Source: Oligoflexales bacterium
GTDB taxonomy: Bacteria; Bdellovibrionota_B; Oligoflexia; Oligoflexales; RGVZ01
Reading direction: 5' to 3'
Assembly: GCA_044236265.1 (NCBI GenBank)
Contig: JBIIGV010000024.1
Span: 1-29,733 of the forward strand
DNA length: 29,733 nt
Numbering within the stretch: position 1 is the stretch's first letter; every line of letters begins with the position of its first letter. Shown here in pieces: positions 1-9,012 of this stretch. Position numbers and translations under genes: made by a program. The notes below the pieces were generated by a model. The model was not told the origin of the DNA. It made no database searches and saw nothing but the letters and a program-made list of their open reading frames with translations.

Positions 1-286
1 TAAAAGACTTAAATAAAACGGGATTACCAGCTGCTTTTGAATAAATTGCAACCGGCTTGTCGTCCGCATCGCAATATGCGGGATCAGGAAGCTTAGCAAT
101 GGTAGCAACGCAGTCCATTTTGTTTATCAAGTGACGAGCTATTGATAGGTGGGTTAAATGAAGATCTCCGTGAGCCTCCGATACCGCCTGAGTCTTAAAC
201 ATCTGCGCGGTAACAACTCCCATAAAGGCCAAGATAGCTATTCCAATTAATAAACCCGGTAAGCTAAATCCACTTTCGCGTCTCAT
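1..286 (-). CDS. Prepilin-type N-terminal cleavage domain protein (minor pilin/pseudopilin-like); 3' part runs off the window start
   Basis: Not in the ORF track; translated by hand from ATG at 286: MRRESG|FSLPGLLIGIAILAFMGVVTAQMFKTQ..., open to position 1. AGGAGG RBS at 291-296 (minus strand). Short basic leader, G|F site and hydrophobic helix fit a class III signal peptide. Confidence 0.7.
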   Translation of the reverse strand, partial: MRRESGFSLPGLLIGIAILAFMGVVTAQMFKTQAVSEAHGDLHLTHLSIARHLINKMDCVATIAKLPDPAYCDADDKPVAIYSKAAGNPVLFKSF

Positions 287-347
287 ACGCCCTCCTGCTT
301 CTAGGAGTCGGCATAATGGACATTGGACGTTAGGCGCTAAAATAAGA

Positions 348-377
348 AAACCAGTAACCCACGAAGGTTACTGGTTT
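348..377 (-). terminator. Rho-independent terminator for the 2973->419 operon
   Basis: Perfect 12-bp stem AAACCAGTAACC / GGTTACTGGTTT with a 6-nt loop; T-rich tail on the minus strand; about 40 bp past the stop at 419. Confidence 0.8.
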
Positions 378-418
378 AAACGGAGTGATTCCGTAATAGT
401 CCTTTTTGTTCGAACGCC

Positions 419-1411
419 TTAGTCCAGCCAGAACATGCGCATACGCACATAATCGTGGATTAAGTTGTCCTCAATTGCACAGACGGAGCCCACAACATTT
501 TTTTGCAATCCGTCACGCCAGTTGGATTCAGTTTCACGGCGCTTAGCCTCACATGCTTCGAAGGTGGAATACTTCACGGACGTGAGATCTGTGGCCAATG
601 GCTGCATCACGATACCAGCAGCGTAGAGGTAAACGGTTGATGTATAGTTACTACCGCCACAAAAAAAGATGACCGACTGACCGTCCGCCCTCGAAAACAC
701 TTCCTGCATAACACTACGGTTGTTCTCGCAGGCCTGTAGAGTCCTAAATTGGCCCTCACCATATTGCACAAGGGGCAATCTTTTGTCCGAATAATAGAAC
801 GCGTGCATCGTTGTTCTATTCTCAGACGTTTTGATTTTCACCTTCACATGTTGTGCACCATAAGCTGCTAAGGTTGTTTTTAAAGTCCCCTCAAACGCCG
901 CGGGATCACCGTTCATTCCATGATAAAAATCTTTAGCGAGGTGATCTGGAGTCAGCTTTGGGGTTCCAAATCCATCAATTCGCATGGTCCACACACTCTC
1001 AAAATCCTCCCCACCGCGATCAAGGAAGCAATAGGCTAGAAGAGGCTCCAATCCGGTCGCTTGCTTAAAGGTTGCCAAGTCCTCATCGTAGTGAGCTGTG
1101 CAGTCTTCAGCGGAGTTGTAAAGCCCATGCACGTAGTCAAACTCATCGTACGTAGAGACCAAGTTAGCTAAAGTTGGCTTTGCGTATTCTATGACCAAGT
1201 CAAATGTGCGTGAGGGATTCACCTCGCACCCATGATTTAGAACGGTTGCTTCTGCCAATTGTGCGAACTTTGGCACAATCCATTGCTCCGAAGCCTGACA
1301 GTTCTGCTCCGTCGAGGCGATACGCGGAAGCCTGTAAGTATGAATCTCAGCAAATGCAGGCGATGCAATCAGAAACGCAAAAACTGTTGTCAAAAATGAG
1401 CGACGAATCAT
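419..1411 (-). CDS. Secreted hypothetical protein with four C-x22/23-C repeat modules
   Basis: 330-aa ORF, Sec signal peptide ending AFA|E, GGAGG RBS, ATGA overlap with the upstream gene; 8 Cys arranged in 4 regularly spaced pairs. Confidence 0.8.
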   Translation of the reverse strand: MIRRSFLTTVFAFLIASPAFAEIHTYRLPRIASTEQNCQASEQWIVPKFAQLAEATVLNHGCEVNPSRTFDLVIEYAKPTLANLVSTYDEFDYVHGLYNSAEDCTAHYDEDLATFKQATGLEPLLAYCFLDRGGEDFESVWTMRIDGFGTPKLTPDHLAKDFYHGMNGDPAAFEGTLKTTLAAYGAQHVKVKIKTSENRTTMHAFYYSDKRLPLVQYGEGQFRTLQACENNRSVMQEVFSRADGQSVIFFCGGSNYTSTVYLYAAGIVMQPLATDLTSVKYSTFEACEAKRRETESNWRDGLQKNVVGSVCAIEDNLIHDYVRMRMFWLD

Positions 1412-2973
1412 TTGGAAACCTCCATGAGTTCAATAAAGCTATGAGACTGCATAGGTCGCAAAATCCCCTGATTTGGAACCTTTAACTTGATACCCTTTTT
1501 TGTTCGCATACCGATATAGGCACCACCAGGACCGTCCGTATCAAGAGCAAACTTACCCGTAAAGGGATCAAAGGAAGTCTCCGAGAAAGGCTTTCTTGGT
1601 GATAAGTCTGTATACCATACATTACCCTGGATGGTGAGCGGAGAAAACGGGTCTTTTGAGCTCGTAGCGCGGTCGGACATGGCAACGATCATGTCAATAT
1701 TGAGCTTTCCGTCACTGAAACCTCCAGCCAACTTGGTGTCAAGTTTTGATGGATCAGATAGTAAAATGCTCCCCGAAGAGGCGAGAGCAAAGCGACCAAC
1801 GAAACCAAACCGACGGGAAAACCAACGCCCCTCAGCAACACCGCCGCCAATCCTGGTGATGGTCAGAATCATGTCAGTTGTGTTGTCCGAGCGATCGAAA
1901 ACCAGCTCCCCATCACCTTGGGTCAATGGTCTCGGGTCAAATTTAGTGTTGATTGATTCATCAGTATCCGTGTGCCCACCGTACCGGATGCTGGAAATAA
2001 CTGACACAAGTCCAGCTGCACGTTCCGCATCAGTTCCTGAGGTGCTCGGGTAGGTTGTAACAGAAATACTCATGGGACGGTAAACATCCATGCGCTCTAG
2101 ATGGACGAATCCCTTGTAAACGCCGTCAACACCTTCTTCAGGGGCTCGATCATCAACCTTGATAGTCCACTGAGGACTACTGACCTTAAACTCCATAACG
2201 TCACCGCGGACACTCTCTCCAGAGGAGCGGTTGTAACGACAGGTACCGCACGTAATTCCACCCTCATCGACAGAGCACGGCATTGATCCGTAAGCGCCGT
2301 GAAAATCAATGTGCCCAGTAAATATATCGTAGTCAGAATCGTGAAAAACTTTCGTGACGCAAGTACTTGCACCTGTGGGGCAACCTGCTCCTCCGTTATC
2401 GCCAATTTGAGCCATGATTATGAACGGCGCAAAAGGGTCCGTTCTATTCGTAGCGATAGGGTGTGACGGACTCGATTGAATCTGAAGCCTCCGCCCAACA
2501 CCTTCGCAAACACCTCGGTACTCGCCCCAAAGTCTTTGAACCAAAGGACGCTCAACTTTCACCGTATTTTGCTGCTGCAACTGAAGCTGCCCAACCACAC
2601 CAAGAGCTGTTCTTAGCTTAGCCTCCAAAGCCTCGCCACGAAAGGCTTCCACAATAAAGTGCAATTCTCGCTCGGCCCCGTCAAAAACGAGAGTTCCACT
2701 GGCTTTGTCGTAGGATACATTTCTGTATTCGTAACTAGCGTATTCATCGCTGTCAAAATTTCCAAAATAAAGCACCAACGTCGCGCGAAGCTTGATCGTT
2801 CGCTCATCTTCACTCTCTTTTATAAAGTCTAAACGTGCGGCTTGGTCTTGAGCGCGATGCTCGTGGTGTAGAAAACCGACAAAGCGACCGAACTCTGCCG
2901 ACGCAAAGGCCCCATTCGTTGCCGCAGTGCAAGACGACCACATGACAAACATGAAAACCATTAGGTATCTCAT
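1408..2973 (-). CDS. Secreted or lipoprotein hypothetical protein, beta-rich, with internal duplication
   Basis: Long ORF; likely start ATG 2973 (MRYLMVFMFVMWSSC..., possible lipobox) after a GAGGG RBS. Two similar halves (GRFVGFLH / GVYKGFVH; DPFAP..DIFTG / DPFSP..DPFTG). Confidence 0.75.
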   Translation of the reverse strand: MRYLMVFMFVMWSSCTAATNGAFASAEFGRFVGFLHHEHRAQDQAARLDFIKESEDERTIKLRATLVLYFGNFDSDEYASYEYRNVSYDKASGTLVFDGAERELHFIVEAFRGEALEAKLRTALGVVGQLQLQQQNTVKVERPLVQRLWGEYRGVCEGVGRRLQIQSSPSHPIATNRTDPFAPFIIMAQIGDNGGAGCPTGASTCVTKVFHDSDYDIFTGHIDFHGAYGSMPCSVDEGGITCGTCRYNRSSGESVRGDVMEFKVSSPQWTIKVDDRAPEEGVDGVYKGFVHLERMDVYRPMSISVTTYPSTSGTDAERAAGLVSVISSIRYGGHTDTDESINTKFDPRPLTQGDGELVFDRSDNTTDMILTITRIGGGVAEGRWFSRRFGFVGRFALASSGSILLSDPSKLDTKLAGGFSDGKLNIDMIVAMSDRATSSKDPFSPLTIQGNVWYTDLSPRKPFSETSFDPFTGKFALDTDGPGGAYIGMRTKKGIKLKVPNQGILRPMQSHSFIELMEVSK

Positions 2974-3215
2974 AAACCCTCTACTTTCCCGGACGCATCT
3001 AGGATTCTGGGCACGAAACTTGAACCATCCAGACAAAAGCTTTCTATAACGCCACTATGACGGGGGTCAACCCAACATTTTGACTGTATCACTCTGATAT
3101 TTAAGGTTTTTTAATCTGAGGAATTTTTTTTACCGCCCAGCCCCCAATTTCTCTCGAAAAAACACCCCAGAGATCCACGTGATACACTATTGAGGCCATG
3201 TCTTAAGGATGACGC

Positions 3216-4733
3216 ATGCAGCTACGAAAATCCGTCTTTTTCCCTCCGTTTTTATCACTGGTTTTGGCTGTCGTGATGGCAATTGCCCTTCCTTCTGACT
3301 TCAAGGCGTTGATGACCAGCCTAAACGCCTGGGTCCTTCACACGTTCGGAACCTTATTTTTGCTGACTGGTCTTGGCCTTCTAATGGTCAGTATCCTGAC
3401 CCTGATGTCTCCCTTTGGCTCAAGGACCATAGGCGGCCCCGACGCAAAGCCGCGTCTTTCCCGCTGGCAGTGGTTCTCCATCAACTTGACCACATCCGTG
3501 GCCATAGGAATTTTATTTTGGGGGTGCGCCGAGCCGATTTACCACCTGGAGACTCCTGCACCGTATGACTTGGTCAGCCCAGGCTCCGTCGAAGCGGCCC
3601 ATCGCGCAATGGTTACGATGTTTCTGCATTGGACGCTTATTCCATACGCGATGTATGCCGTCCCTGCGGTTTTGTTCGCTTACGCGTTTTATAACTTAAA
3701 TAAGTCTCACTGCCTTGGCTCGTTATTTTCACCCCTATTAGGTGATACCAAAATTAGGCTCCTCGGTTTTATTCTTAATCCTCTTTGCCTCTTTGCATTG
3801 GCAACCGGCATGGCTGCATCCCTGGGGACGGGGCTACTTACCCTTTCGGGAGGCTTGGAACAATTAATCGGGGTCCAAAAAACAAGCGTGACCTTGGCAT
3901 TGATCGCTTTGACGATCGTTGGTGCATTTATCTGGTCATCCGTAAAAGGCCTTAATTCAGGTATCAGTAAGCTTGCCGCCTATAGTTCATGGACATTAAT
4001 TGGCATTGTGGCATTCGTCTTTATCGCTGGACCGACAGTTGTCATTGTCAACATGTTTACGGAGTCTTTTCCTCGCTTCCTGGCCGAACTTCCTATGAGG
4101 GCTCTTGCCGGAGGCAATCCATTTACGCTCAGTTCCTGGAGTTATGATTGGACTGTTTTTTATTGGGCCGTTTGGATGGCTTGGGCTCCAATCACTGCGA
4201 TCTTTCTAGGTCAGATCGCCTATGGCCGAACGATTCGGGATTTTTTATTGATGAATCTTCTTCTGCCGGCTCTGTTCAGTGCAATATGGATGGGTGTTTT
4301 TAGCGGCGCGACTCTCCATCTTGAACTCACTCAGCACACTGGATTTGCGGGCATCATAAAGGCATCGGGAGCCGAGGCGGCATCGTACACAATGTTTCGC
4401 CAGCTCCCTCTCGCCGGTCTTTTAATTCCTACTTTTGTTGTGATTTCGTTTCTCTCATTCGTCTCAGGGGCTGATGCAAACACGACGGCCATGGCTGCCA
4501 TCAGTCAAAAAAATATGACTCAGACGAATCAAGAACCCTCCAACGCACTCAAGATAGTCTGGGGTCTTTTGATCGGCATCGTCAGCTGGATCATGGTGTC
4601 ACAAAGCGATCTTGACGGCATTCGCATGCTTTCAAATCTTGGTGGACTGCCGGTTTTATTTCTTGAGATAGGCTGTATTTTATCTCTCTCAAAACTCAGT
4701 TGGGATTCATTTAAATCACCTAGACAAAAATAA
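3216..4733 (+). CDS. BCCT family (betaine/carnitine/choline) transporter
   Basis: 505 aa, about 12 hydrophobic segments; family motifs GILFWGCAEP, FLHW, WTVFYWAVWMAWAP, GRTIRDF. Confidence 0.92.
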   Translation: MQLRKSVFFPPFLSLVLAVVMAIALPSDFKALMTSLNAWVLHTFGTLFLLTGLGLLMVSILTLMSPFGSRTIGGPDAKPRLSRWQWFSINLTTSVAIGILFWGCAEPIYHLETPAPYDLVSPGSVEAAHRAMVTMFLHWTLIPYAMYAVPAVLFAYAFYNLNKSHCLGSLFSPLLGDTKIRLLGFILNPLCLFALATGMAASLGTGLLTLSGGLEQLIGVQKTSVTLALIALTIVGAFIWSSVKGLNSGISKLAAYSSWTLIGIVAFVFIAGPTVVIVNMFTESFPRFLAELPMRALAGGNPFTLSSWSYDWTVFYWAVWMAWAPITAIFLGQIAYGRTIRDFLLMNLLLPALFSAIWMGVFSGATLHLELTQHTGFAGIIKASGAEAASYTMFRQLPLAGLLIPTFVVISFLSFVSGADANTTAMAAISQKNMTQTNQEPSNALKIVWGLLIGIVSWIMVSQSDLDGIRMLSNLGGLPVLFLEIGCILSLSKLSWDSFKSPRQK

Positions 4734-4921
4734 ATCACAGCTCATAAACGCCACATAACAGGGCTAATGGCACCAAATCACACGATCTGCGGGATTACGG
4801 GGACCACGATGCACATCGGGCTTCTTGCCAGCTAAGCTTGGTCACTGTTCTTGTGAAAACCTCATCCAAAAAAACAAGGCGTTAACGAACGATTGTTCAA
4901 TTATTGGTCTCCCAACATGCA

Positions 4922-4937
4922 TGGCATATGACTTGCT
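4922..4937 (+). promoter_or_regulatory. Putative sigma-54 (-24/-12) promoter
   Basis: TGGCAT-ATGAC-TTGCT matches TGGCAC-N5-TTGCW with correct GG/GC spacing, about 65 bp upstream of ATG 5002 (RBS TAAGGAG at 4984-4990). Confidence 0.6.
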
Positions 4938-5001
4938 CAAGACGGCGTGTTGCCTCAGGCATTTCAAATAAATCATTCATCAGTAAGGAGATCTCATCAC
5001 T

Positions 5002-5454
5002 ATGAAAACTTTAAAAAATAAATTGATAAAAATTAAAAACTTGGCGCCGTTGGCCTTAGCGGGTTCAGCATTGCTATCCCAAACAATTTTTGCAGCCGAC
5101 ATCACCGTTACCGGCGCACAAGCGCAACAGTTAGCTCAAACCCTTCAACAGCTTGGAGTTCAGTCATCGCAGGATGAGCAAGGCGGCCGAGTTCTCCTCA
5201 CACGAGAAATTAATTGTACCCGCCAAGTCACCCAAAATGTCCAAACAGACTGTATGGTGCATGAATATACCCAGGATATCCGTATTCAAACGCAAAGTGA
5301 CCTCGCCAGCCAATTGTATCAGCAACTGCAGAGTGCCGGCGCACAGTACGACTCCGATACCCCGGAAGAAACTAAGGTCGGTGTTTATATGCTGAGCTGC
5401 TACCAAAGCCTAAGGCCAGACCAATCCCAATGCCAAGGCCAGGCGCACAACTAA
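5002..5454 (+). CDS. Secreted Gln-rich hypothetical protein with two internal repeats
   Basis: Strong RBS TAAGGAG, signal peptide ending IFA|A; two similar halves, each with a C-x10/11-C pair. Confidence 0.8.
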   Translation: MKTLKNKLIKIKNLAPLALAGSALLSQTIFAADITVTGAQAQQLAQTLQQLGVQSSQDEQGGRVLLTREINCTRQVTQNVQTDCMVHEYTQDIRIQTQSDLASQLYQQLQSAGAQYDSDTPEETKVGVYMLSCYQSLRPDQSQCQGQAHN

Positions 5455-5489
5455 CTTTCAAAGAAAAAGAAAAACGAAAGGAATCTCGT

Positions 5490-6686
5490 ATGCAATCAAA
5501 AATAATCCCAGTGTCCACCATGGTCGGTGGTTTTTGGACAGCGTTACTATTGTCAAATGTAGCCCATGCAGCAAGCGACACCAAAGTGAATTTATGTAAT
5601 GAGAATGAACAAAGTCTCTATGTTTCTGTAGCTTATGAGCCAGAAGCCGGATCACCGTTTATGTCGCGCGGATGGTGGTCAATCCCAGCTAAAGAGTGCT
5701 CTGAAATTAGTTTCCCTCTCGGATCAGATAAGATTTTGCTCCATGCCGTTTCTGAGACCGGTGCGCTACAATGGGTGGGTGACCAAAAACTCTGCGTGAA
5801 CGTCTACGACAAATTCGATTTTGAGGACGCTGGCGCACGAAACTGTGCAGAAGAAGAAGGCTTTGAGACTAGGGGATTCAAAGAACTATCCGTTGCGGCC
5901 CTGACATCTCTTACACCAGGAGAAACTCCCAAATACAAGTTCATGCCAAGCGATGCGGTCAAAAGTGGATCACTCGTGAAAATCTGTAACGATTCATCCG
6001 AGGATGCCTACTTGTCATTTTCACAAAAAGCATCAGCAGCCACGAGCACACTAGTCGACGGTTGGTTTAAAATTGAACCGTCAAAGTGCTACGAGACGCT
6101 TCGACGACCTTCGGCTAACGAACTTCTGGTGTTTGCTCAGTCCTCATCAGGCCACATGCGATGGAAAGGTGAAGTCCCTCTTTGTACCGACGATTACGAT
6201 GGATTTCATTTCACGGACGCCCAAAGCATGACATGTGACGGTGACAATCAGAGATGGCAGCGATTCCGTAAGATTGACATGACGTCGTCATCTACAGATT
6301 TTGAGTATCGTTTGCGTGCAGAAGACGCTCAACCAGTTCGCTCGACTGTTAAAATCTGTAACACGCGGGACGAAAAATTGTACGTTGCCACGGCATGGGA
6401 CAACCTCGACTTTCCTGGTCAAGTGGTATCCATCGGCTGGCTCAATCTCGAACCGAACAAATGCTCTAACGACCTTGCGGTCAATGGTGATGCTCTATTG
6501 CTATACGTTGACAAAGATGACGGTGAAGCAGTTATTTCTGGCACAACTCAAGTCTGCGTTAACATAGAAGACGGCTTTGAATTCGGTAATTCTACCGCCA
6601 TGAATTGCAGCGGCGAAGATCTCACGAAACTCGGGTTTGCGTCCCAGCCAATTTCTGCTGGCGCAGTTCGCATCGACATACCTTAA
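5490..6686 (+). CDS. Secreted protein with three tandem DUF1036-like domains
   Basis: Start MQSKII (5490), signal peptide AHA|A; three repeats of (L/I)CN...YVxxA...GW(W/F/L)xIxxxxC...LC...F.F....C, the DUF1036 pattern. Confidence 0.8.
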   Translation: MQSKIIPVSTMVGGFWTALLLSNVAHAASDTKVNLCNENEQSLYVSVAYEPEAGSPFMSRGWWSIPAKECSEISFPLGSDKILLHAVSETGALQWVGDQKLCVNVYDKFDFEDAGARNCAEEEGFETRGFKELSVAALTSLTPGETPKYKFMPSDAVKSGSLVKICNDSSEDAYLSFSQKASAATSTLVDGWFKIEPSKCYETLRRPSANELLVFAQSSSGHMRWKGEVPLCTDDYDGFHFTDAQSMTCDGDNQRWQRFRKIDMTSSSTDFEYRLRAEDAQPVRSTVKICNTRDEKLYVATAWDNLDFPGQVVSIGWLNLEPNKCSNDLAVNGDALLLYVDKDDGEAVISGTTQVCVNIEDGFEFGNSTAMNCSGEDLTKLGFASQPISAGAVRIDIP

Positions 6687-6698
6687 AACCTTGTCCTT

Positions 6699-6727
6699 GG
6701 CGACTCATCCAAGAGGGGTGAGTCGCC
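6699..6727. terminator. Hairpin between convergent genes, probable bidirectional terminator
   Basis: GGCGACTCA(TCC)...(GGG)TGAGTCGCC stem followed by TCTTT; lies between the stops at 6686 and 6733. Confidence 0.7.
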
Positions 6728-6732
6728 TCTTT

Positions 6733-8478
6733 CTATTTGGCGCAGGATGCGGGTCTTGGCCAGCCTACAGCGTCAGCCACCGCGGGCAAAAGCTGTAAGG
6801 TCTTCTCAACAGCATGGGCTGGGATTTTTGAAACTTTTGGTCCCTCCAATACGAGTTTCGTTCGCATTTGAGACAACTCGTTCCAGTGACCGTGTTGACC
6901 GGACGGAACAGGTGTTGCGAGTACACCGTTATTCAGCGGCTCTGGGTATTTGGCCTGTAAGGGCTGCGGAATGGGAGACCATTTAGCACGAGCCAATAAA
7001 AACTTATCTTCTACGGAGTTTTTAAACGCCACCCCTTCACCTGCAAACGCCATGATCCACGGAACCTGTTTACCAATCAAGCCTTCAGCCTCTGCTTCCG
7101 GAGACCCGCGCACGATGACTTTGCCAAAAAGGGGTCTCCCCGTCAGGTCAAGCTGCATGCCTCGAAGAGTTTCTGCGACTCGTTCAAGGTTTAAAGTTGC
7201 GGGGGGATCCTGAGCCACGTCTCCTTGAGGCGGATATAGGTACAATGCTCCCCCACCCGTCATCACTGTTCCCTGTGCAGCGATCTCTTCAGTCAAAATT
7301 TTTCTTGCATTCAACACATACGCTATTGCAGACATTCCGTGGTCACCAAGCACCACAAGATCGGCAGACCGCGGGATCATACTTAGAATTGAGCCTAAAT
7401 CCCGATCAAACTCGGCAATGTACTGAACGACTTCAGACTCGACAGCCTGATCCTTGTAATATGCATGCAGCAACGCATCCAAATCTTCAAAATATAAAAA
7501 CAATGCATCCAGATCACCCTTGGCAAGCATCAAGCGATTGGCGCGAACGACATCTCGCCTGCGATGCTTCATTGACGCCAGGTACGGCTTGGTTTTTGAT
7601 TGAAATCGGTAATCTCTGAGTGCCGAGAAGGTGAGATTGGCACGATCTAGCTCATCGCGAAAGTCACCGGCCATACTAGGCATAATCTGTATCGGGGAGA
7701 CTTCGACAGAAATATCCAGCTCCTGGGATAAAAGCATAAAGCTGACACTGGCGCGGCGGTCCACATTTCCGATTTTTGTGGTAAAAAAAACGTCGACCGG
7801 TTTTGCGAGCTCTAGAGCCGAAACTGCACCCCATGGTGTTTTGACGCTGACGACTCCCTCCGCATTTGCCGTCAGTTCAATCGGGTACTTTTTCTCGGCT
7901 TGTTCACGATCAGGGATCGTTGCACCGACCGTCACGCCTTTGACCACCGAAAGAATCTGCGGGGTTGATCCGGGATTGTCGTAAAAGATACCGGCATCGG
8001 ATGAACGAGCCTCACCAACACCATCAATTGACGGATAAAGCGATGTTCCCACGCGGAAGCCACTTGCACGTAAGCGCGCGACCCAATTCTCCGGTGCATA
8101 GGGCTTATTAAATCCACTGGTGGTCCCCTGCCCCGTCCATGTGTTGTTATCTAATATTCCATGAGCCCCTGCCCCTGCACAGGTGATGGTTGAGATGTGA
8201 GATGGGGCTGTGATAGTTGGGTTGATAACCTTGAAATTTTGGCGGCCTCTAGCCGACTTCAAAAGCCAGATCAGACCCCGTGGATGAGGATTTTTGATTT
8301 TGGATGTCCAGACACTCAGCGCCTCTGGCTGAAATCCATCTAATGACATCCATACGAGTTTCATTCTACTGGGAGCTGGTTTGGAAATGCGTTTGGATTC
8401 ATCCTTTGAGGCCACTGTCGGCTTGGCGTTGGACATTAGAATCAATGCCGACAATAACAACATCAAATTCATCTTCAT
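6733..8478 (-). CDS. Alkaline phosphatase superfamily protein (type I phosphodiesterase/nucleotide pyrophosphatase-like), exported
   Basis: Motifs SLDGF, PTITAPSH (Thr nucleophile), EDLDALLH, LGDHG, QHG; signal peptide from the likely start MKMNLML at 8478, just downstream of gpx. Confidence 0.85.
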   Translation of the reverse strand: MKMNLMLLLSALILMSNAKPTVASKDESKRISKPAPSRMKLVWMSLDGFQPEALSVWTSKIKNPHPRGLIWLLKSARGRQNFKVINPTITAPSHISTITCAGAGAHGILDNNTWTGQGTTSGFNKPYAPENWVARLRASGFRVGTSLYPSIDGVGEARSSDAGIFYDNPGSTPQILSVVKGVTVGATIPDREQAEKKYPIELTANAEGVVSVKTPWGAVSALELAKPVDVFFTTKIGNVDRRASVSFMLLSQELDISVEVSPIQIMPSMAGDFRDELDRANLTFSALRDYRFQSKTKPYLASMKHRRRDVVRANRLMLAKGDLDALFLYFEDLDALLHAYYKDQAVESEVVQYIAEFDRDLGSILSMIPRSADLVVLGDHGMSAIAYVLNARKILTEEIAAQGTVMTGGGALYLYPPQGDVAQDPPATLNLERVAETLRGMQLDLTGRPLFGKVIVRGSPEAEAEGLIGKQVPWIMAFAGEGVAFKNSVEDKFLLARAKWSPIPQPLQAKYPEPLNNGVLATPVPSGQHGHWNELSQMRTKLVLEGPKVSKIPAHAVEKTLQLLPAVADAVGWPRPASCAK

Positions 8479-8491
8479 GATGGCTAACCCC

Positions 8492-8977
8492 TTATAGATA
8501 GCTTTCCAAATCTTTGCCAATGGCTTCTGGAGAATCAGTAGGTGCGTAGCGTTTGACGACCTGCCCATTTTTATCCACTAGAAACTTTGTAAAATTCCAC
8601 TTTACAGCCTCACTGCCGAGAAGGCCTGGAGCCGATGACTTTAAAAAGCTGTATAGGGGCGCTGCATTTGCTCCGTTAACATCAATCTTTGCAAATACAG
8701 GAAAGGTGACACCGTAGTTCATTTCACAAAATGATTTGATCTCATCTTCAGATCCTGGCTCCTGTCCGCCAAACTGATTACAGGGAAACGCAAGCACCTC
8801 GAGTCCCCTGCTAGCATTTTTCTTGTAAAGCTCTTCCAGGCCTTTGTACTGAGGCGTAAACCCACATTTGCTTGCAACATTAACGATCAGCAATGTTTTA
8901 CCACGAAAGCTCTCCATCGAAATATCGTGATTACTGATGTCTCTAACTTTAAACCCATAAATATTTGCACCCGCCAT
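8492..8977 (-). CDS. Glutathione peroxidase (Cys-type, BtuE/Gpx family)
   Basis: NVASKCGFTPQY, AFPCNQFGGQEPG and KWNFTKFLVD signatures; likely start ATG 8977. Confidence 0.95.
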   Translation of the reverse strand: MAGANIYGFKVRDISNHDISMESFRGKTLLIVNVASKCGFTPQYKGLEELYKKNASRGLEVLAFPCNQFGGQEPGSEDEIKSFCEMNYGVTFPVFAKIDVNGANAAPLYSFLKSSAPGLLGSEAVKWNFTKFLVDKNGQVVKRYAPTDSPEAIGKDLESYL

Positions 8978-9012
8978 TGTCAGTCCTTTCAAACTAAAAA
9001 AAATAAAAGTAA

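Noticed and set aside
3010..3024. Sigma-54-like sequence GGGCAC-GAAAC-TTGA upstream of the BCCT gene
   Set aside because: The -12 element is GA rather than GC, the first base deviates, and it is about 190 bp from the start; too weak to call.
8865..8867. Selenocysteine in the glutathione peroxidase active site
   Set aside because: The codon is TGT (Cys) in GCA AGC AAA TGT GGG; there is no in-frame TGA.
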